A stretch of DNA of 64,000 nucleotides. Source: Escherichia phage vB_EcoM_G8. Positions 41,461-53,000 of the stretch are shown here, in pieces; position 1 is the first letter of the stretch; each line of letters opens with the position of its first letter. The translations under genes were made by a program, and so were the position numbers. The notes below the pieces were generated by a model. The model had not been told where the DNA came from. It did not search any database and saw only the letters and a list, made by a program, of their open reading frames with translations. The stretch is from the sequence record NC_054915.1. One strand, written 5' to 3'.

Positions 41461-42090
41461 TAGCTGGCATAATTCGCAATACTCTGGGTCTTCGAGAGGT
41501 ATCCAACCTGAGTTGAAATACTTTACCATCGATTTAGCAGTTGTATCAGTTATATTTATATTACCTTTAACTCTTCGCCATCCAGGAGTTTTACCGTACA
41601 GATTAGAGGATAATAATAACACATAATTCTCGTAAGCAATATGAGATAATTTCCAAGACTCTATATTAGCTCGTGATGTTTTCCAAGGTCTAAAATCGTC
41701 ACGGTTCATATAATTAGCCAATCTCATATGCTCTCTAACTTCCGGGTCTTTGGCTGGATGAGTTTCACCACTCACACCAAATCCACCACCAGCATATACC
41801 AGATTAAAATAGTCTGGATTATCTCTGGCATTTACTTCAAGTTGGTATTTTCGTTCTGCTTCAATAACATCCAAGTCATCATCAATTTGAATTATTTTAA
41901 CGCTCGGTTTTTGAAGCATTAGCGCATTCAAAAATCTTTTTTGTTTACATGAGCTCCAGTATTCCTTTCCGGAAGAGTCATATATTATTCCGTTCTCAAA
42001 TGAGCAATTTAATTTACTACCGATATAGTAGTATGGCGGAGTCTTATTTTTGACACGGTCTTCAAATGTAAACCAATATACTATATTCAT
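41458..42090 (-). CDS. GIY-YIG-like (SegG-like) endonuclease candidate between genes 59 and 32
   Basis: 210-aa ORF; N-terminus IVYWFTF...YYYIGSK resembles a degenerate GIY-(x10-12)-YIG motif. Confidence 0.5.
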   Translation of the reverse strand: MNIVYWFTFEDRVKNKTPPYYYIGSKLNCSFENGIIYDSSGKEYWSSCKQKRFLNALMLQKPSVKIIQIDDDLDVIEAERKYQLEVNARDNPDYFNLVYAGGGFGVSGETHPAKDPEVREHMRLANYMNRDDFRPWKTSRANIESWKLSHIAYENYVLLLSSNLYGKTPGWRRVKGNINITDTTAKSMVKYFNSGWIPLEDPEYCELCQL

Positions 42091-42091
42091 A

Positions 42092-42745
42092 TCAATACTT
42101 ACAAGATTTCACAGTTTCAATGAAAACACTTTTAGCTTTCTGTGAATCAATATTTAAAATTTTTCTATAAGCCTTTAACTTTATAGAATAATTATTCCAG
42201 ACTAAATTATCAGTCTGTTCATCATGTTTATCAATTATATTTAAAAACGAATCAAGCAAGATAAACGTCTCAAACGAAATTATGTTCGATTGCAGAAGTT
42301 TAAAAATATAACTTGATTGAACTTTTGGATTATACTCAAAGATTTCTTTAAAAGCAGAAACTTCAACTTTTTTACTAAAATAGTAAATATTGCGAATATC
42401 TTCTTCAAACTTAAATTTAATTTGCTTTAAGCGTCCGATATATTCACGATAAAACACAAGTGCATCAGCGTCAGAGATGTCACCAATCCAAGCATCTTGG
42501 TTAGCAACCAAATTACTTATAAAAATTAAAGCAAGTTCCTTTAATTTATATTTTTCTGATAACTTCTGGAAAAAATACTTATCCCTTCGCTTTTGATAAG
42601 CGGCATCAGACACCCGCATGCACCAATTATACTTAATTACATCATACTTTCCATTCATATGTTGTTTTATCATTAAGTATAATTTATAAACTGATTTACC
42701 ATCAATGTATCTTTCACCACCAGCAGGCATGCGGAGTTTAATCAT
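42092..42745 (-). CDS. 59: Helicase loader gp59
   Basis: 217-aa ORF, same size and position as T4 gp59. Confidence 0.9.
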   Translation of the reverse strand: MIKLRMPAGGERYIDGKSVYKLYLMIKQHMNGKYDVIKYNWCMRVSDAAYQKRRDKYFFQKLSEKYKLKELALIFISNLVANQDAWIGDISDADALVFYREYIGRLKQIKFKFEEDIRNIYYFSKKVEVSAFKEIFEYNPKVQSSYIFKLLQSNIISFETFILLDSFLNIIDKHDEQTDNLVWNNYSIKLKAYRKILNIDSQKAKSVFIETVKSCKY

Positions 42746-43080
42746 AGTAGAAAATCTAATGTATTAGTTTTTTCACAACGAACAACAGAAGGACGTAAAA
42801 GATTTTCGTCAATAGCTTCTGACTGAATTTTTTCAATTATACCCGAAGGAATAAATTTAGCAAATTGAGTTTCAGGAATAGAATTTTCTTCTAAGAATGC
42901 TGTTGTAGCTTCAAGATAACTCATTCCAAACTTTTCTACCATTTTTTCAATAATAAATCCGTTTTCTTGACGATCAAGAAGCTTTGCTATTTCATCCTTT
43001 TCTTTCTTGATTGAAAGTTCTTTTTCTGAAAGACCGGTCTCATCGACCGGACGAATATCATTTAGAGAAAACTGTGTCAT
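42742..43080 (-). CDS. 33: Late transcription co-activator gp33 (112 aa from MTQFSLND)
   Basis: Start trimmed by 3 codons to match the T4 gp33 length. Confidence 0.85.
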   Translation of the reverse strand: MTQFSLNDIRPVDETGLSEKELSIKKEKDEIAKLLDRQENGFIIEKMVEKFGMSYLEATTAFLEENSIPETQFAKFIPSGIIEKIQSEAIDENLLRPSVVRCEKTNTLDFLL

Positions 43081-43327
43081 AAAGTTCAACTACCTCTTCA
43101 GTTTCAGCTTCAAACACATCACGATTATCTTTATGATACAAAGCTAATAGACGATTAAACATCTTACCATCAACGCCAAGTTCATCTTTGGCACGAATTC
43201 GAATGTCTTTAATCAATTCATTATAACCGGAAATTTTCAGTTTATGATCAGATGCTTCTTTAATAAATTTAGCCAAGTCTTCGCCATGGATAGCTTCATC
43301 AAATTCAACCATTTCTTTTTTAGCCAT
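43058..43327 (-). CDS. dsbA: Double-stranded DNA-binding protein DsbA (late transcription enhancer)
   Basis: 89-aa ORF, same size and position as T4 DsbA. Confidence 0.85.
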   Translation of the reverse strand: MAKKEMVEFDEAIHGEDLAKFIKEASDHKLKISGYNELIKDIRIRAKDELGVDGKMFNRLLALYHKDNRDVFEAETEEVVELYDTVFSK

Positions 43328-43335
43328 TATTCACC

Positions 43336-44253
43336 TCAAAATTCATTAATGCTATTAGTTAATTTAGAAAGACCCGCTTTTACAAAATATGAATAAATTT
43401 TGCCACGCGGTGGTAATTTATATGAATTATAGTAATTCACAATGTTTGAAGCAATATTATCAGGAATATAATCAAAATCAATTAGAACTAAATTTTCTTT
43501 ATAACGATTATATTCAGATTCTGTGAGAAGCACCTTAGCTTGCTCACGGTCATTAGCAATAGCTTCAACGATTGAAGTTTTCATTGAAGGAGTTCGTTCA
43601 CCTTCAACTTTGGTAAACCAAAAGTCAGATCGTACTTTAACTGAAGCAACGTTATCCTTTTTGTCGCCTTTAAGGATTTTAGTCATACAGTCAATTTCAG
43701 CAGAACCGCTTTTAATTTTAACCCATTTCTTGTGCATCGGTGACCATTGCTTAACATTTGGATATTTGTGAAGCTGTGTAAAGTCACCATCCGATGAAAT
43801 GATTAAAATCTTGTGTCCTTCTAAAGAGAACTTTTTAACAAGAACAGCAATGTGGTCATCTGCTTCATACTTATCAATATCCATAACAATGTATGGCATA
43901 TAAGCTTTCAATTCATCTATAACTTTATGGCTGGATTCAAAATAACCTTCCCAGTCCCAAGTAGATTCTTCTCGTGCTTTTCCACGGTTTTTCTTGTAAT
44001 AGTAAGCAAAATCACGACGCCAATATCCAGATTTCGCGTTATCAATACACAGTACAATTTTAGTGTATCCAAGCGTTTTTGCTTTTTTGACATTAAACTT
44101 AATTGAGTTCAATATCAAATGACGAACCATTGATAAATTAATTTTTTCTTTATCTGGAAAGTTTACCAAAGCAGTTGAAAGCGCAATTTGACTAAAGTCA
44201 ATTAAGCAGATTCCTTCTTTGTAATCTTCATCCAACATCATTTCTAAATCCAT
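43336..44253 (-). CDS. rnh: RNase H (5'-3' exonuclease / flap endonuclease), 305 aa from MDLEMM
   Basis: Track ORF 310 aa; internal ATG gives the T4 RNase H length. Confidence 0.88.
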   Translation of the reverse strand: MDLEMMLDEDYKEGICLIDFSQIALSTALVNFPDKEKINLSMVRHLILNSIKFNVKKAKTLGYTKIVLCIDNAKSGYWRRDFAYYYKKNRGKAREESTWDWEGYFESSHKVIDELKAYMPYIVMDIDKYEADDHIAVLVKKFSLEGHKILIISSDGDFTQLHKYPNVKQWSPMHKKWVKIKSGSAEIDCMTKILKGDKKDNVASVKVRSDFWFTKVEGERTPSMKTSIVEAIANDREQAKVLLTESEYNRYKENLVLIDFDYIPDNIASNIVNYYNSYKLPPRGKIYSYFVKAGLSKLTNSINEF

Positions 44254-44315
44254 ATGAACCTCGTTCAATTAGTGAGATTTCTATTATATACCATCCAAAT
44301 CTTAAAGTAAACAAG

Positions 44316-44323
44316 TATAAATA
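44316..44323 (+). promoter_or_regulatory. T4 late promoter TATAAATA upstream of gene 34
   Basis: Exact TATAAATA about 35 nt upstream of the gene 34 ATG. Confidence 0.6.
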
Positions 44324-44357
44324 CTTATTATTGAAAACACAATAGGAGCCCGGGAGA

Positions 44358-47300
44358 ATGGCCGAGATTAAAAGAAAGTTCAGAGCAGAAGATGGTCTGG
44401 ACGCAGGTGGTGATAAAATAATCAACGTAGCTTTAGCTGATCGTACCGTAGGAACTGACGGTGTTAACGTTGATTACTTAATTCAAGAAAACACAGTTCA
44501 ACAATATGATCCAACTCGTGGATATTTAAAAGATTTTGTAATCATTTATGATAACCGCTTTTGGGCTGCTATAAATGATATTCCAAAACCAGCAGGAGCT
44601 TTTAATAGCGGACGCTGGAGAGCATTACGTACCGATGCTAACTGGATTACAGTCTCATCTGGTTCATATCAATTAAAATCTGGTGAAGCTATTTCGGTTA
44701 ACACTGCAGCTGGTAATGACATCACGTTTACTTTACCATCTTCTCCAATTGATGGTGATACTATCGTTCTCCAAGATATTGGAGGAAAACCTGGAGTTAA
44801 CCAAGTTTTAATTGTAGCTCCAGTGCAAAGTATTGTAAACTTTAGAGGTGAACAGGTACGTTCAGTACTAATGACTCATCCAAAGTCACAGCTAGTTTTA
44901 ATTTTTAGTAATCGTCTGTGGCAAATGTATGTTGCTGATTATAGTAGAGAAGCTATAGTTGTAACACCAGCGAATACTTATCAAGCGCAATCCAACGATT
45001 TTATCGTACGTAGATTTACTTCTGCTGCACCAATTAATGTTAAACTTCCAAGATTTGCTAATCATGGCGATATTATTAATTTCGTCGATTTAGATAAACT
45101 AAATCCGCTTTATCATACAATTGTTACTACATACGATGAAACGACTTCAATACAAGAAGTTGGAACTCATTCCATTGAAGGCCGTACAACAATTGACGGT
45201 TTCTTGATGTTTGATGATAATGAGAAATTGTGGAGATTGTTTGACGGGGATAGTAAAGCACGTTTACGTATTATAACAACTAATTCTAATATTCGTCCAA
45301 ATGAAGAAGTTATGGTATTTGGTGCGAATAACGGAACAACCCAAACAATTGAGCTTCAGCTTCCTACTGATATCTCTGTTGGTGATACTGTTAAAATTTC
45401 CATGAATTACATGAGAAAAGGACAAACAGTTAAAATCAAAGCTGCCGGTGAAGATAAAATTGCTTCTTCAGTTCAATTGCTGCAATTCCCAAAACGTTCA
45501 GAATATCCGCCTGAAACTAAATGGGTAACTGTTCAAGAATTAGTTTTTAATGGCGAAACTAATTATGTTCCAGTTTTACAACTTGCTTATATAGAAGATT
45601 CTGATGGAAAATACTGGGTTGTACAGCAAAACGTTCCAACTGTCGAAAGAGTAGATTCTTTAAATGATTCTACTAGAGCAAGATTAGGCGTAATTGCTTT
45701 AGCTACACAAGCTCAAGCTAATGTCGATTTAGAAAATTCTCCACAAAAAGAATTAGCAATTACTCCAGAAACGTTAGCTAATCGTACTGCTACAGAAACT
45801 CGTAGAGGTATCGCAAGAATAGCAACTACTGCTCAAGTGAATCAGAACACCACATTCTCTTTTGCAGATGACCTTATCATTACTCCTAAAAAGCTGAATG
45901 AAAGAACTGCTACAGAAACTCGCAGAGGTGTCGCAGAAATTGCTACGCAGCAAGAAACTAATACAGGTACTGATGATACTACAATCATTACTCCTAAAAA
46001 GCTTCAAGCTCGTCAAGGTTCTGAATCATTATCTGGTATTGTAACTTTTGTATCTACTGCAGGTGCTACTCCAGCTTCTAGCCGTGAATTAAATGGTACA
46101 AATGTTTATAATAAAAACACTAATAATTTAGTTGTTTCACCTAAAGCTTTGGATCAGTATAAAGCTACTCCAACACAGCAAGGTGCAGTAATTTTAGCAG
46201 TTGAAAGTGAAGTAATTGCTGGACAAAGTCAGCAAGGATGGGCAAATGCTGTTGTAACGCCAGAAACGTTACATAAAAAGACATCAACTGATGGAAGAAT
46301 TGGTTTAATTGAAATTGCTACGCAAAGTGAAGTTAATACAGGAACTGATTATACTCGTGCAGTCACTCCTAAAACTTTAAATGACCGTAGAGCAACTGAA
46401 AGTTTAAGTGGTATAGCTGAAATTGCTACACAAGTTGAATTCGACGCAGGCGTCGACGATACTCGTATCTCTACACCATTAAAAATTAAAACTAGATTTA
46501 ATAGTACTGATCGTACTTCTGTTGTTGCTCTATCTGGATTAGTTGAATCAGGAACTCTCTGGGACCATTATACACTTAATATTCTTGAAGCAAATGAGAC
46601 ACAGCGTGGTACACTTCGTGTAGCTACACAGGTCGAAGCTGCTGCAGGAACATTAGATAATGTTTTAATAACTCCTAAAAAGCTTTTAGGTATTAAATCT
46701 ACTGAATCGCAAGAAGGTGTTATTAAAGTTGCAACTCAGTCTGAAACTGTGACTGGAACATCAGCAAATACTGCTGTATCTCCAAAAAATTTAAAATGGA
46801 TTGTGCAGAGTGAACCTACCTGGGCAGCTACTACTGCGATAAGAGGTTTTGTTAAAACTTCATCTGGTTCAATTACGTTCGTTGGTAATGATACGGTAGG
46901 TTCAACACAGCCATTAGAATCATATGAGAAAAATAGCTATGCAGTATCACCATATGAATTAAACCGTGTATTAGCAAATTATCTGCCGTTAAAAGCAAAA
47001 GCTGTAGATAGTAATTTATTGGATGGTCTAGATTCATCTCAGTTCATTCGTAGGGACATTGCGCAGACAGTTAATGGTTCACTAACCTTAACCCAACAAA
47101 CGAATCTGAGTGCCCCTCTTGTATCATCTAGTACCGGTGAATTTGGTGGTTCATTGGCCGCTAATAGAACATTTACCATCCGTAATACAGGAGCCCCGAC
47201 CAGTATCGTTTTCGAAAAAGGTCCTGCATCTGGGGCAAATCCTGCACAGTCAATGAGTATTCGTGTATGGGGTAACCAATTTGGCGGCGGTAGTGATACG

Positions 47301-48227
47301 ACTCGTTCGACAGTGTTTGAAGTTGGCGATGAAACATCTCATCACTTTTATTCTCAACGTAATAAAGACGGTAATATAGCGTTTAGCATTAATGGTACTG
47401 TAATGCCAATAAATGTTAATGCTTCCGGTTTGATGAATGTGAATGGCACTGCAACATTCGGTCGTTCAGTTACAGCCAATGGTGAATTCATCAGCAAGTC
47501 TGCAAATGCTTTTAGAGCAATAAACGGTGATTACGGATTCTTTATTCGTAATGATGCCTCTAATACCTATTTTTTGCTCACTGCAGCCGGTGATCAGACT
47601 GGTGGTTTTAATAGATTACGCCCATTATTAATTAATAATCAATCCGGTCAGATTACAATTGGTGAAGGCTTAATCATTGCCAAAGGTGTTACTATAAATT
47701 CAGGCGGTTTAACTGTTAACTCGAGAATTCGTTCTCAGGGTACTAAAACATCTGATTTATATACTCGTGCGCCAACATCTGATACTGTAGGATTCTGGTC
47801 AATCGATATTAACGATTCAGCCACTTATAACCAGTTCCCAGGTTATTTTAAAATGGTTGAAAAAACTAATGAAGTGACTGGGCTTCCATACTTAGAACGT
47901 GGCGAAGAAGTTAAATCTCCTGGTACATTGACTCAGTTTGGTAACACACTTGATTCGCTTTACCAAGATTGGATTACTTATCCAACGACGCCAGAAGCGC
48001 GTACCACTCGCTGGACACGTACATGGCAGAAAACCAAAAACTCTTGGTCAAGTTTTGTTCAGGTATTTGATGGAGGTAACCCTCCTCAACCATCTGATAT
48101 TGGTGCTTTACCATCTGATAATGCTACAATGGGCAATCTTACTATTCGTGATTTCTTGCGAATTGGTAATGTTCGCATTGTTCCTGACCCAGTGAATAAA
48201 ACAGTTAAATTTGAATGGGTTGAATAA
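44358..48227 (+). CDS. 34: Long tail fibre proximal subunit gp34
   Basis: 1289-aa ORF (same as T4 gp34) with internal TPxxLxxRTATETRRG repeats. Confidence 0.95.
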   Translation: MAEIKRKFRAEDGLDAGGDKIINVALADRTVGTDGVNVDYLIQENTVQQYDPTRGYLKDFVIIYDNRFWAAINDIPKPAGAFNSGRWRALRTDANWITVSSGSYQLKSGEAISVNTAAGNDITFTLPSSPIDGDTIVLQDIGGKPGVNQVLIVAPVQSIVNFRGEQVRSVLMTHPKSQLVLIFSNRLWQMYVADYSREAIVVTPANTYQAQSNDFIVRRFTSAAPINVKLPRFANHGDIINFVDLDKLNPLYHTIVTTYDETTSIQEVGTHSIEGRTTIDGFLMFDDNEKLWRLFDGDSKARLRIITTNSNIRPNEEVMVFGANNGTTQTIELQLPTDISVGDTVKISMNYMRKGQTVKIKAAGEDKIASSVQLLQFPKRSEYPPETKWVTVQELVFNGETNYVPVLQLAYIEDSDGKYWVVQQNVPTVERVDSLNDSTRARLGVIALATQAQANVDLENSPQKELAITPETLANRTATETRRGIARIATTAQVNQNTTFSFADDLIITPKKLNERTATETRRGVAEIATQQETNTGTDDTTIITPKKLQARQGSESLSGIVTFVSTAGATPASSRELNGTNVYNKNTNNLVVSPKALDQYKATPTQQGAVILAVESEVIAGQSQQGWANAVVTPETLHKKTSTDGRIGLIEIATQSEVNTGTDYTRAVTPKTLNDRRATESLSGIAEIATQVEFDAGVDDTRISTPLKIKTRFNSTDRTSVVALSGLVESGTLWDHYTLNILEANETQRGTLRVATQVEAAAGTLDNVLITPKKLLGIKSTESQEGVIKVATQSETVTGTSANTAVSPKNLKWIVQSEPTWAATTAIRGFVKTSSGSITFVGNDTVGSTQPLESYEKNSYAVSPYELNRVLANYLPLKAKAVDSNLLDGLDSSQFIRRDIAQTVNGSLTLTQQTNLSAPLVSSSTGEFGGSLAANRTFTIRNTGAPTSIVFEKGPASGANPAQSMSIRVWGNQFGGGSDTTRSTVFEVGDETSHHFYSQRNKDGNIAFSINGTVMPINVNASGLMNVNGTATFGRSVTANGEFISKSANAFRAINGDYGFFIRNDASNTYFLLTAAGDQTGGFNRLRPLLINNQSGQITIGEGLIIAKGVTINSGGLTVNSRIRSQGTKTSDLYTRAPTSDTVGFWSIDINDSATYNQFPGYFKMVEKTNEVTGLPYLERGEEVKSPGTLTQFGNTLDSLYQDWITYPTTPEARTTRWTRTWQKTKNSWSSFVQVFDGGNPPQPSDIGALPSDNATMGNLTIRDFLRIGNVRIVPDPVNKTVKFEWVE

Positions 48228-48235
48228 GAGGTATT

Positions 48236-49351
48236 ATGGAAAAATTTATGGCAGAGTTTGGACAAGGATATGTCCAAACGCCATTTTTATCGGAAAGTAA
48301 TTCAGTAAGATACAAAATAAGTATAGCGGGTTCTTGCCCGCTTTCTACAGCAGGACCATACGTTAAATTTCAGGATAATCCTGTAGGAAGTCAAACATTT
48401 AGCGCAGGCCTTCATTTAAGAGTTTTTGACCCTTCCACGGGAGCATTAGTTGATAGTAAGTCATATGCTTTTTCGACTTCAAATGACACTACATCAGCTG
48501 CCTTTGTTAGTTTCATGAATTCTTTGATGAATAATCGAATTGTTGCTATATTAACTAACGGAAAGGTTAATTTTCCTCCTGAAGTAGTATCTTGGTTAAG
48601 AACCGCCGGAACGTCTGCTTTTCCATCTGACTCTATATTGTCAAGATTTGACGTATCATACGCTGCTTTTTATACTTCTTCTAAAAGAGCTATTGCATTA
48701 GAGCATGTTAAATTAAGTAATAGAAAAAGCACAGATGATTATCAAACTATTTTAGATGTTGTATTTGACAGTTTAGAAGACGTCGGAGCTACCGGGTTTC
48801 CAAGAAGAACGTATGAAAGTGTTGAGCAATTCATGTCAGCGGTTGGTGGAACTAATAACGAAATTGCGCGTTTACCAACTTCAGCTGCTATAAGTAAATT
48901 ATCTGATTATAATTTAATTCCTGGAGATGTTCTTTATCTTAAAACACAGCTATACGCCGATGCCGATTTACTTGCTCTTGGAACTACAAATATATCTATC
49001 CGTTTTTATAATGCATCAAATGGATATATTTCTTCAACACAGGCTGAATTTACTGGACAAGCTGGGTCTTGGGAATTAAAGGAAGATTATGTAGTTGTTC
49101 CAGAAAATGCTGTGGGATTTACGATATACGCGCAAAGAACTGCTCAAGCGGGACAAGGCGGTATGCGAAATTTAAGCTTTTCTGAAGTATCAAGAAATGG
49201 CGGAATTTCAAAACCCGCTGAATTTGGCATCAATGGTATTCGTGTTAATTATATCTGTGAATCTGCTTCACCTCCGGATATAATGGTACTTCCTACGCAA
49301 GCATCGTCTAAAGCTGGTAAGGTGTTTGGACAAGAATTTAGAGAAGTTTAA
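48236..49351 (+). CDS. 35: Long tail fibre hinge connector gp35
   Basis: 371-aa ORF at the T4 gene 35 position. Confidence 0.9.
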   Translation: MEKFMAEFGQGYVQTPFLSESNSVRYKISIAGSCPLSTAGPYVKFQDNPVGSQTFSAGLHLRVFDPSTGALVDSKSYAFSTSNDTTSAAFVSFMNSLMNNRIVAILTNGKVNFPPEVVSWLRTAGTSAFPSDSILSRFDVSYAAFYTSSKRAIALEHVKLSNRKSTDDYQTILDVVFDSLEDVGATGFPRRTYESVEQFMSAVGGTNNEIARLPTSAAISKLSDYNLIPGDVLYLKTQLYADADLLALGTTNISIRFYNASNGYISSTQAEFTGQAGSWELKEDYVVVPENAVGFTIYAQRTAQAGQGGMRNLSFSEVSRNGGISKPAEFGINGIRVNYICESASPPDIMVLPTQASSKAGKVFGQEFREV

Positions 49352-49354
49352 ATT

Positions 49355-49381
49355 GAGGGAGCCTTCGGGTTCCCTTTTTCT
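49355..49381 (+). terminator. Imperfect hairpin GGGAGCC-TTCG-GGTTCCC followed by TTTTTCTTT after gene 35
   Basis: Read directly. Confidence 0.45.
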
Positions 49382-49382
49382 T

Positions 49383-49390
49383 TATAAATA
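49383..49390 (+). promoter_or_regulatory. T4 late promoter TATAAATA upstream of gene 36
   Basis: Exact TATAAATA about 24 nt upstream of the gene 36 ATG. Confidence 0.6.
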
Positions 49391-49413
49391 CTAATAAAAT
49401 AAAGGGGCATACA

Positions 49414-50079
49414 ATGGCTGATTTAAAAGTAGGTTCAACAACCGGAGGCTCTGTCATTTGGCATCAAGGAAATTTTCCATTGAATCCAGCCGGTGACGAT
49501 GTACTCTATAAATCATTTAAAATATATTCAGAATATAATAAACCACAAGCTGCTGATAACGATTTCGTTTCTAAAGCTAATGGTGGTACTTATGCATCAA
49601 AGGTAACATTTAACGGCGGTGTTCAAATACCATATGCTATAAACAATACAAATCAATCTGGTATTTATCCTGGTAATGGAGATGCAGCTACTTTTGTTAC
49701 AGCAAATATTGATATTGTTTCATGGTATGGTATTGGTTTTAAATCATCACAGGGTTCAGCAGCCAGAACTGTAGTAATCAATACACGTAATGGTGATATT
49801 AGTACAAAAGGTGTTGTATCCGCTGCAGGTCAAGTAAGAAGTGATGCGGCTGCTCCTATAGCAGCGAATGACCTTACTAGAAAGGACTATGTTGATGGAG
49901 CAATAAATACTGTTACTGCAAATGCGAACTCTAGGGTGCTACGGTCTGGTGACACCATGACAGGTAATTTAACGGCGCCAAACTTTTTCTCGCAGAATCC
50001 TGCATCTCAACCTTCACACGTTCCACGATTTGACCAAATCGTAATTAAGGATTCTGTTCAAGATTTCGGCTATTATTAA
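49414..50079 (+). CDS. 36: Long tail fibre distal connector gp36
   Basis: 221-aa ORF, same size as T4 gp36. Confidence 0.9.
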   Translation: MADLKVGSTTGGSVIWHQGNFPLNPAGDDVLYKSFKIYSEYNKPQAADNDFVSKANGGTYASKVTFNGGVQIPYAINNTNQSGIYPGNGDAATFVTANIDIVSWYGIGFKSSQGSAARTVVINTRNGDISTKGVVSAAGQVRSDAAAPIAANDLTRKDYVDGAINTVTANANSRVLRSGDTMTGNLTAPNFFSQNPASQPSHVPRFDQIVIKDSVQDFGYY

Positions 50080-50087
50080 GAGGACTT

Positions 50088-53000
50088 ATGGCTACTTTAA
50101 AACAAATACAATTTAAAAGAAGCAAAATCGCAGGTGCACGTCCTGCTGATTCAGTATTAGCCGAAGGTGAATTGGCTATAAACTTAAAAGATAGAACACT
50201 TTTTACTAAAGATGATTCAGGAAATATCATCGATTTGAGCATTTCTGCTGGTGGTAATATCAGTGGAAATATCACTCAAACTGGTAATTATTTACAAAAT
50301 GGAACATATAATCTTAATGGAAACCAGTTTGTTTATGCAGGAAGATATATTGAATTTTTACCTAAAACAGCTGGTAATGGCGCTTGGGCAAATCAACACC
50401 TAAATAAAGCTCCTATCTTTACAGATTTAAGTTCAGCTACTTCTGTTTCAGAATACCATCCGTTGATTAAACAACGCTATAAAGATGGAACTTTTTCATT
50501 AGGTACTTTAGTTTCTGAAGGTTCATTAAAATTCCATTACATTAATGAGGCAGGTGAATCTAAATATTGGACGTTTGCGCGCTCAGGTAATTTTCAAGTT
50601 GATTCTGGTAATTTATTAGTATCTGGTGGGTATTTAGTCGCTCATAGTAATATTGAAACAAGAACAGGTTCTTTGATTGGTCCATCTGTTATAACTAAAA
50701 ATATTTCATTTGATACAAAAGCATTCGGACAGTATGATTCACAGTCATTAGTTCAATATGTTTATCCTGGAACAGGTGAAGAAAATGGTATAAACTATCT
50801 TCGTAAAGTTCGAGCTAAATCAGGTGGAACCATTTACCATGAAATCGCTTCAGCTCAAACTGGTAAGAATGATGAAATTTCTTGGTGGACAGGAAATATA
50901 CCTACTACTAAATTAATGGGTCTTCGTAATGATGGAGCAATGGTATTACGTCGTTCGCTTGCTATTGGCACAATTACCACTGACGAAAATACTAACAACT
51001 ATGGCTCTCCTACTCCAATGGGAGAAAGATATATTGCTTTGGGCGATGCTGCCACTGGTTTAAAATACATTAAGCAGGGTGTTTATGATTTAGTAGGTAA
51101 TTGGAATTCTGTTGCTTCTATTACTCCTGACAGTTTCCGTAGTACTCGTAAAGCATTATTTGGACGTTCAGAAGACCAAGGCGGAACCTGGACAATGCCT
51201 GGAACGAACGCTGCTCTCTTGTCTGTTCAAACTCAGGCAGATGTGAATAACGCAGGCGATGGTCAAACCCACATTGGATATAATTCTGGCGGTAAATTTT
51301 CCCATTATTTCCGCGGTAAAGGCCAAACCAACATTAATACACAAGAAGGTATGGAAGTTAACCCTGGTATTTTGAAATTGGTAACTGGTTCTAATAATGT
51401 ACAGTTTTATGCTAACGGAACAGTATCTTCAATACAAAGAATTAAATTTGATAATGGATTAGTTCTTACTGGTGCTAGACCCGATGGTATTCAACTTGAC
51501 GCTCCTACAACAACAGATGGCACTAAAACTATACTGTGGGCTGGTGGTACTCGCCCAGGTCAGAATAAAAGTTATGTATCTATCAAAGCATGGGGTAATG
51601 CCTTTAACGCATCTGGCGATCGTTCCCGTGAAACAGTTTTTGAGGTAGGTGATGGGCAAGGTTACCATTTTTATTCTCAACGTGTAGCTCCTGCGCCTGG
51701 TTCGACTGTCGGGCCTATTCAACTTCGAGTTAATGGTGGTTTATTGACTTCAGGTAGTATTGTTGCTTCTGGTTCTATTACAACCGAATCTTCTTTGAGT
51801 GTTAATAACGGCATGTCAGTAAACGGCCAAGTTAAAATCGGCGGAACGGCAGATAATTTCCGTATCTGGAACTCTCGTTATGGTGCCATTTTCCGTCGCT
51901 CCGAAACATCATTATATATTATCCCAACTAATGAAAATGAAGGGGAAAACGGTGCAATAAGCAACCTTCGTCCGTTTAGTATTGAGTTAGGCACCGGCTC
52001 TGTTGTAATGGGAAACCATACTCAAGCGGGTAAAAACCTTTTCACGGTTGATAACGTTTCTAAATTAGTACAAACTGATGTTCGTTTCCGTGTTAACATG
52101 GATTCCGACGGTATTGTTTTGAATGCTTCTTCTCAAGCAGCGTCTAACTTTATCCAAGGACGTAAAGCGGATGTTACAAAATGGTATCTCGGTATTGGCG
52201 ACGGTGGTAACGTTGTTCGTTTACATAACTATACTTATTCCCACGGTATTGCATTAAACTCTGATACTGTAGATATTACTAAGCCTCTTAAAATTAATAA
52301 TATTCGAATTGGTACAGATGGCAACATCACAGGTGGTACTGATAATTTTGCCAATTTAAATACAACGTTAAACAATAAAGTCAATGTTGGTGGTTGGTCA
52401 GGCGGAGCTACAACTGGGTGGTATAAGTTTGCGACAGTTAATATTCCTCAATCTACTGGAACAGTATCATTTAAAATATATGGTGGTTCAGGATTTAATT
52501 TTAAAAGATATGGGCAAGCTTCTGTCGCAGAAATAATTCTTAGAACTGGAAATAATCCTAAAGGACTTAATGCCACACTATGGAACAGAACTTCTGAAGC
52601 ATTTTCACAAATTGCCACAGTTAACACGAGCAATGATACATATGACGTTTATGTTTATGTGGGAGGATATTCAAATGCTTTAGTCATCGAATATTCATGC
52701 ACCAGTAATAGTACAGTAACCGTAGTCGGTCTTAACGGAGGAATTCAACCTATTGTTGAAACACTTCCAGAAGGTCATGTAGTAGGTAAAACTGTAAGAT
52801 TATTGAATAACATCGATGGAATGTTTGCTGCTGGCGAATCTGATGTTGTTACTCGTGGTGAATTTGTTACCAATAACCAAAAAGGTTTACGTATTAAATC
52901 TAGAGGTAATGATATTGATTCGAATGCTGCTATCATTCGAAATGATGGTGGAAGTTTTTATATTTTAGCTACAGACAAGAATACGTCAGAAAAACCCAAT

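Noticed and set aside
45774-46016. Minus-strand 80-aa ORF inside gene 34 and similar antisense ORFs inside genes 37 and 38 (51459-51722, 52448-52633, 52958-53233, 53324-53602, 54421-54717)
   Set aside because: Antisense to long structural genes with repetitive composition; the histidine/tyrosine-rich ORF at 54529-54717 is the reverse-frame reading of the GGC/GGT-rich gp38 sequence.
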